NCBI GenBank assembly: GCA_964595645.1
Contig: CAZQQT010000001.1
Location: 64,001-128,000 of the forward strand
Source of the DNA: an uncultured Thermococci archaeon
Lineage (GTDB): Archaea > Methanobacteriota_B > Thermococci > Methanofastidiosales > B48-G16
Length of the DNA: 64,000 nucleotides
Direction: 5' to 3'
Part shown: positions 58,672 to 64,000 of the stretch, in pieces
Numbering within the stretch: position 1 is the stretch's first letter
Layout: each line of letters starts with the position of its first letter
The notes under the pieces: generated by a model
The model's input: the letters and a program-made list of their open reading frames with translations, nothing else
What the model was told of the DNA's origin: nothing
Database searches by the model: none
Position numbers and translations under genes: made by a program

Positions 58672-59139
58672 TAGGGATGAGAGGTCCCATCCATACCTCT
58701 TCTTAAATCTTTTTCTCTTCAATTGAACTGCGTTCTCTCTGCACCACTGGATAGGGAGACTCTTCCTTTGCAATGCGTTCCTTACCTCCATAAACTTATC
58801 GATATCTATCAGGTACGCTTCGTTGATTTTTTCATCTGCCCTCCTCTTCCCGTTCCTGAAATTGACGAATACAAAAGATTTGTTCTTTTTTAATTTCTTT
58901 GAAAAAGAGATGAGGGACTCCAGCTGGTGTTCAGTGATATTTTTGAAGGGCAAACTCTTCCTTTTCGTCTTTTTTGCTTCCAATGCATAGTTGCACGCTT
59001 CTGTAAGTATAAGGAAATCATAAGGGGATTTATAGTACTTTCTCACACTGTCAGGGTATTTGATAAAATAAATACCTTCTTTCTCCCTTAAATACTTCAA
59101 ACTGTTTTTTATCTCTCTTTCTGTGATATTCGAGGTCAT
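58648..59139 (-). CDS. RecU-like PD-(D/E)xK Holliday junction resolvase
   Basis: SPYDF...[21 protein letters not shown] and late RKSL match the RecU pattern EAKxTxxxxxPxxNxxxHQ...RKS. Confidence 0.72.
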   Translation of the reverse strand: MTSNITEREIKNSLKYLREKEGIYFIKYPDSVRKYYKSPYDFLILTEACNYALEAKKTKRKSLPFKNITEHQLESLISFSKKLKKNKSFVFVNFRNGKRRADEKINEAYLIDIDKFMEVRNALQRKSLPIQWCRENAVQLKRKRFKKRYGWDLSSLLKPDLLS

Positions 59140-59140
59140 T

Positions 59141-60292
59141 TTATCCGTACATACTGCTTTTTTCTATCTCTTCCTTTTTCCAACATTTTCTGAGCGCCTT
59201 TTCAAAATCTTCGTGATGCACGATGTCCCGTCCCTCTCTAATTGCTGCCATTCCTGCTTCGGTACATATCATCTTGATATCTGCTCCTGTAGCCTCCTCC
59301 ATGCCCTTGGTTATCTTTTCGAGATCGACATTCTCGATGTTCATTCCGGCAGTATGAATTTTTAAAATCTCGAGCCTTCCTTCGTAAGAGGGAAGTGGGA
59401 TCTCAATCCTTCTATCAAATCTTCCCGGCCTCATAAGCGCCTCGTCCAAGATATCTGCTCTGTTCGTGGCTGCAATTACTTTTACTTCTCCCCGTGCGTC
59501 AAACCCGTCAAGTTCGGAGAGAAGCTGCATCATTGTCCGCTGTACCTCTCTATCACCAGACACAGAAGAGTCTGTTCTTTTACCGCCAATGGCGTCAATT
59601 TCATCGATAAAAATAATACTCGGTGCTTTATCTCTTCCTAGCTTAAACACTTGCCTCACGAGCTTGGCACCTTCTCCAATGTATTTCTTCACGAACTCGG
59701 AGGCCACAACTCTAATGAAGGTGGCATTTGTCTCGTTCGCCACCGCCTTTGCGAGAAGTGTTTTTCCGCATCCCGGTGGACCATAAAATAATACACCGTT
59801 TGGTGGTTCTATTCCTACCTTCCTGAAGTGTTCCGGGTTTTTTAACGGCAATTCTACAGTTTCCTTCACGTCCTGTATTTGCGCTTCCAGTCCACCCACG
59901 TTGTTATATGTGGTAATCGGGGAGTTCACAATTTCCATGCCGCTGACCGCCGGGTCCTTGGATGACGGGAGAACTTCCATGACAGAGAGTGTCCGCTGGT
60001 TCAGCGCCACTCTGGTACCTGGAAAAATCTCATCTTTCTCGACGTTCCCAGATGCCGACACAACAAAATCAGTGCCGGAAGAGCTTTTTACGACGATTCT
60101 ATCGTCATTCAGCACGTCAAGAACAACTGCTGTGATCAAAGGAGGAGAACGTAGTCTTTCCAGCTCTCTTTTTAGTTCCGAAATCTTTTTTTCAAGTTTA
60201 TATTTTTCAGTCTCTACATTTCTCTTCTCCAGTTTGAGATACTGGATTTTCTTCTTTAAAACGTCTCTATCGGTCCCTACTGCTTCGGCCAA
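59141..60292 (-). CDS. pan: Proteasome-activating nucleotidase
   Basis: Coiled coil plus OB domain, [26 protein letters not shown]-terminal HbYX (MYG); TTG start. Confidence 0.95.
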   Translation of the reverse strand: MAEAVGTDRDVLKKKIQYLKLEKRNVETEKYKLEKKISELKRELERLRSPPLITAVVLDVLNDDRIVVKSSSGTDFVVSASGNVEKDEIFPGTRVALNQRTLSVMEVLPSSKDPAVSGMEIVNSPITTYNNVGGLEAQIQDVKETVELPLKNPEHFRKVGIEPPNGVLFYGPPGCGKTLLAKAVANETNATFIRVVASEFVKKYIGEGAKLVRQVFKLGRDKAPSIIFIDEIDAIGGKRTDSSVSGDREVQRTMMQLLSELDGFDARGEVKVIAATNRADILDEALMRPGRFDRRIEIPLPSYEGRLEILKIHTAGMNIENVDLEKITKGMEEATGADIKMICTEAGMAAIREGRDIVHHEDFEKALRKCWKKEEIEKSSMYG

Positions 60293-60378
60293 TATATCCT
60301 CTCCTTCAATCTTCAGTTAGATTGCTCCACTACTACATTTGTAGGTAAAGTATTTAAATAACTTTTGGTGAGTGTTTT

Positions 60379-60867
60379 ATGATGAGATGTGAAATTTGCG
60401 GGAAGAGAATTAGAGGAAATGCGAAAGAAGTATACGTAGACGGCGCAAAGCTGGAAGTATGTAAAAGATGTGCGAAACATGGAACAGCAGTTGAGCCTCA
60501 CGAGAAGAAACGATCCCGTTCTAGAAGTAAAAAAGGAAAGAGTGAGCCCAAAAAGAAAAAAAGCTATTCGAGAAAGAGAGATGACCGGAGAATTATTCCC
60601 AATTACTCGGAGGTGATACGAAATGCACGTGAAGAGATGGAACTTTCACAAAAGGATCTTGCTTCTAAAATCAATGAAAAAGAATCTGTTATTCATCGAC
60701 TGGAAACAGAAAGCATGCTTCCTACCATAAAACTCGCTAAAAAACTAGAGAAGGCCCTCAATATTAAAATAATGGATAAAATATCAAAGGATGTTGACCT
60801 CCCAAAATATGAAAAGGGATCAAAAAGCCTCACGATAGGGGACATCATCGAGATAAAGAAGAAGTAA
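60379..60867 (+). CDS. mbf1: Archaeal multiprotein bridging factor aMBF1
   Basis: CEICG...VCKRCAKHG zinc ribbon; IRNARE..LSQKDLA..E HTH; TIGD; next to pan. Confidence 0.93.
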   Translation: MMRCEICGKRIRGNAKEVYVDGAKLEVCKRCAKHGTAVEPHEKKRSRSRSKKGKSEPKKKKSYSRKRDDRRIIPNYSEVIRNAREEMELSQKDLASKINEKESVIHRLETESMLPTIKLAKKLEKALNIKIMDKISKDVDLPKYEKGSKSLTIGDIIEIKKK

Positions 60868-60992
60868 TAGGTTCCTGCGAACTTTACAAAATTATACAAT
60901 CTTTAATAGGTATTGCTTCAATTTTTTTATAAAAAATTTTTCTAACTGGTATTATTCAAATCAGTTACCTTTGTTAACATTATTATACGAAT

Positions 60993-62538
60993 ATGGAGAT
61001 AAAATATCTTTTAGTAGCTTTCCTGTCTCTCCCCATGATTTTTGCCATTCACACCGTGTCGGCAGAGGAAAAGAAAGGGTATCTAATTCTTGTGGATAAT
61101 GATCTCTTAGGAATAGAGGGAATTGAAGCACTCTCGACATACCACAGTGCTGAGGTTATCTATAAAGATCTTGGATCGGATCCAAGTTTCTCAGATATCA
61201 ACCGTATTTCACCGAAAAAGGATATACGATATCTCTACAGGATTTTATCCTGTGACGGATGAAAAATCATGTGAACAATGGGCGTCTTCTATTGTAGAGC
61301 ATCCATATCCTCCGCGGAAAAAGGCACTGTTTATTACTTCCGTGACAACGTCAACGAATAAAGTGGTTCAGGGGGAGTGCAATTCAGAAGCTTTCACGAT
61401 ACATTTTTTTGGAAGGGGCCGAGATAAATGAATCTACGGTAGTATCATCAATAAAACAGGCGGATTTTGTTTGGATGGAAGGACATGGTGGGGTGGTCCT
61501 ACAGGTGTCAATCTCGAACGGTATCAGTTCAACGATGAGAGTGTCCACGATTCATGGGGGAAGATATTCATTTTTGAGTCGTGTGATACAGGATGTATCT
61601 GGACCACAATGGATCCATTGGTACTCTCCCTTCTTTCCAGAGGAGCCCATGCCGTTGTTGGGTCTGTCGATATGGGTGGTGTTGGAGCAGTACAGGAGAG
61701 TACATCGTACTACTTCACCACACCCTCCGTTGATGTGGGAACAGCAGTACTGATAAATAATGCATATTTTACCACAATGAAGATTTCTGGGTACCCAAAG
61801 GCCGTTCTTTTTGGCGATCCATCTGTTCACACATTCAGCTCAGAGGTATTCCACATAGAAGAAACGGACAATGGATATGAGATAATAGACAGAACAACGA
61901 CACCACAGTTTGAAAAGATACTTCTTCTCCCGTCAACGGGTTACAGTTTCCTCTTCCCGACGAATAGAGGATATACATTCGCGACCTTCGCTGGATCGGG
62001 AGAGTTTAAACGAGGAATTGTTCCAACGATCACATATCTTTTTCCTCATTTTCGAAGATTTTTTAGTCCCGTGGATATTCTGGACAGTGTTGTTACGCGG
62101 ATATTTCCTCTCTTCATTCTCTTTGCAGCATTCATGGGATTCTTTTACCGAGACAGGATTAGAACGGTAGAAAAAAGGCAGGCAATGGTATTTGTGCTAT
62201 CATCTTTTTCAACACTTCTCTGTCTCATTTTGGTAGATAAAGCCACTGATACTATTGTGTTAGCAAGGCTTTTTCTTATATTTTTATCAATATTGGCAAT
62301 TATTTACTGTTTTGACACTTATAAAAAGAAAATTTTTATATCCACATTATTTTTCTTTCTTCCTTCTGTTTCTATCCTCATTTTTGCATTTTTAATGGAT
62401 TTTATCACGTTTCATTACTCACTGTTTATGTTACTGCTACTGTTTTTTGTTTCTCTTTTTGCCTCGGTTCTTCTTATAGGAATTTATCAGACGATGAAAA
62501 CACTTATACAGCGGATCGTGCAGCGTGCCACTAGATGA
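60993..62538 (+). pseudogene. Membrane-anchored C25 (gingipain)-like protease, fragmented by about three frameshifts
   Basis: Signal peptide, then fragments in shifting frames with EGHG, FESCDTG and VLFGDP; C-terminal TM helices; breaks near 61220, 61405 and 61490. Confidence 0.6.
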
Positions 62539-62665
62539 CCTCCTTGAGCCACCCCCAAATACAGGGATTCTATATAGGGTAAGTTCCTCTACATTCTTAA
62601 CAGTTATAATATCTTTTATTGTCTGAATACAACATGTAAGAACGCACGTTGTTTGTAAGATTATA

Positions 62666-62681
62666 CCGAAAGCTTTAAATA
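62666..62681 (+). promoter_or_regulatory. Canonical archaeal BRE/TATA promoter of the histone gene
   Basis: CCGAAA-GC-TTTAAATA; GAGGTGA RBS at 62719. Confidence 0.75.
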
Positions 62682-62730
62682 CCCCTTTATTCTAGATTCC
62701 ATTAGTATAAAAAAATAAGAGGTGACATAA

Positions 62731-62934
62731 ATGGCAGTATTGGCAAAAGCTTCAGTAGACAAGCTCATTAGGAAAGCAGGTGCAGAGAGAGTTAGTGAAG
62801 ATGCATCAAAAGAGTTAGCAAAAATACTGGAGAAAAAAGGTGTTGATCTCGCAAGAGAAGCGATTTCCCTTGCAGAGCACGCCGGACGAAAGACTGTAAA
62901 GAAAGAAGACATTGATCTTGCAACAAGAAAATAA
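62731..62934 (+). CDS. Archaeal histone (HMf family)
   Basis: IRKAGAERVS, AEHAGRKTVKKEDIDLA; 67 aa. Confidence 0.95.
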   Translation: MAVLAKASVDKLIRKAGAERVSEDASKELAKILEKKGVDLAREAISLAEHAGRKTVKKEDIDLATRK

Positions 62935-62937
62935 GAA

Positions 62938-62963
62938 TCTCTTTTTTTCTTTTTATTTTTTTC
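62938..62963 (+). terminator. Oligo-T archaeal terminator after the histone gene
   Basis: TCTCTTTTTTTCTTTTTATTTTTTTC directly after the stop. Confidence 0.6.
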
Positions 62964-63001
62964 ATACGGAAAATATTTATTAGAGACTTTCCACTATTGT
63001 A

Positions 63002-64000
63002 ATGATGTGTATCGAGCGTATCCTGGACGAGGGCGAACGAGATAATATAGAATTTAAGTCCTATCTCAATAGTAGGCATCTATCAAAGGAAAGAAAGCAG
63101 AAACTTGCCTCCCAGATGAAGTACAGACTGGAGCAGGGCAATGGTATAGCATACTATATTATCGGTGTCTACGACGATGGGAGTGTCTGCGACCTGTCTG
63201 AAAAAGAGCTTCTGGAAACATTAAATGTCATAGAGAAGGTGGCTGAGGAGGCAGGTGCAGCGATATCGGATATTGAGAGATTTAATGATAACGACACCTT
63301 CGCCCGGATTACAGTAAATAACAATCACGAAATACGAAATAAGAGTCATATCGTCATTGGTACCTTAGGGCATGTTGATCACGGAAAATCGACACTTCTC
63401 GGCAGTTTAATTACAGACGAAAAGGACAACGGAGCGGGAAAAACAAGAATATTTCTGGATTTTTTGCCCCATGAGATCGAGAGAGGGCTCACTGCCGAAA
63501 TCGCCTACACCGTCTACGGGTTTGATGGGAATGGCGAACCCATGAAACTCAGGAATCCGCTGAACAAGAGGGAAGTTGCCGGTGTAGTAGAGAATGCAAA
63601 GCGGTTGATATCGTTTGTCGACTGTCCCGGTCACGCTCCATGGCTTAGGACCACGATCCGGGGAATTCTCGGTCAGAAGGTGGACTATGCGCTTCTGGTC
63701 ATCGATGCATCGGAAGGAATCACCTCGATCACGAAGGAGCATATGGGCATCGCCATGGCGATGGATATGCCAATGATTATTGCGCTCACGAAGATGGATC
63801 GGGCACGTGAGGATGAGGTAAAAGAGATCGAAGAAAACCTTACCATCATGCTTAAAAAAATGGGCAGAGTCCCGTACAGGGTAAAAAGTACACCAATCGA
63901 GGTTACAAATGAAAAAATCGTACCCATTGTAGAGACATCGGCGGTGACCAAGGAGGGGTTCGATCTTCTCGACAGACTCCTCTACGCACTTCCAGAGATG
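63002..64000 (+). CDS. Archaeal GTPBP1-like translational GTPase, N-terminal part (runs off the window edge)
   Basis: Not in the ORF track; manual translation gives GERDNIEFK, LASQMKYRL, GHVDHGKST, HEIERGLT, DCPGHAPWLRTTIRG, TKMD, ETSA. Confidence 0.9.
   Translation, partial: MMCIERILDEGERDNIEFKSYLNSRHLSKERKQKLASQMKYRLEQGNGIAYYIIGVYDDGSVCDLSEKELLETLNVIEKVAEEAGAAISDIERFNDNDTFARITVNNNHEIRNKSHIVIGTLGHVDHGKSTLLGSLITDEKDNGAGKTRIFLDFLPHEIERGLTAEIAYTVYGFDGNGEPMKLRNPLNKREVAGVVENAKRLISFVDCPGHAPWLRTTIRGILGQKVDYALLVIDASEGITSITKEHMGIAMAMDMPMIIALTKMDRAREDEVKEIEENLTIMLKKMGRVPYRVKSTPIEVTNEKIVPIVETSAVTKEGFDLLDRLLYALPEM

Noticed and set aside
59141-60867. pan next to mbf1 as a novelty
   Set aside because: Known conserved archaeal gene neighbourhood
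63407-63951. Minus-strand ORFs at the right edge
   Set aside because: Antisense shadows of the GTPBP gene

Overview
Archaeal chromosomal DNA: HMf-type histone, PAN, aMBF1, archaeal GTPBP, BRE/TATA promoters and GGTGA/GGAGG ribosome-binding sites. Gene style suggests a Thermococci-related sediment lineage such as Theionarchaea or Methanofastidiosia (inference only). Layout: (1) 1-8 kb, partial Lhr helicase and accessory enzymes; (2) 8.2-14.3 kb, purS-L-Q-F-D operon behind a 40-aa leader ORF; (3) 14-36 kb, accessory region of MATEs, GNATs, flavodoxins, lipoproteins, regulators and several broken genes; (4) 36.4-53 kb, type IV pilus locus with an ATPase, two TadC-like platform genes and five class III prepilins, three of them giant; (5) 53-64 kb, HEPN-MNT, truD, rnhA, a PRC-barrel gene, bacterial-type metK, a RecU-like nuclease coupled to pan, mbf1, histone and GTPBP. 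Best candidate for an undescribed system: a three-gene sulfur module at 21223-22927. A rhodanese domain is fused to a half-length domain that keeps the catalytic Cys and His-x3-His...Glu iron-binding pattern of sulfur oxygenase reductase (SOR), followed by a split YeeE/YedE sulfur-transporter pair. Also notable: the giant-pilin locus and a candidate structured RNA at 36178-36342. No rRNA, tRNA, CRISPR array or transposase was recognised. All family calls come from motif recognition by eye, not database searches.
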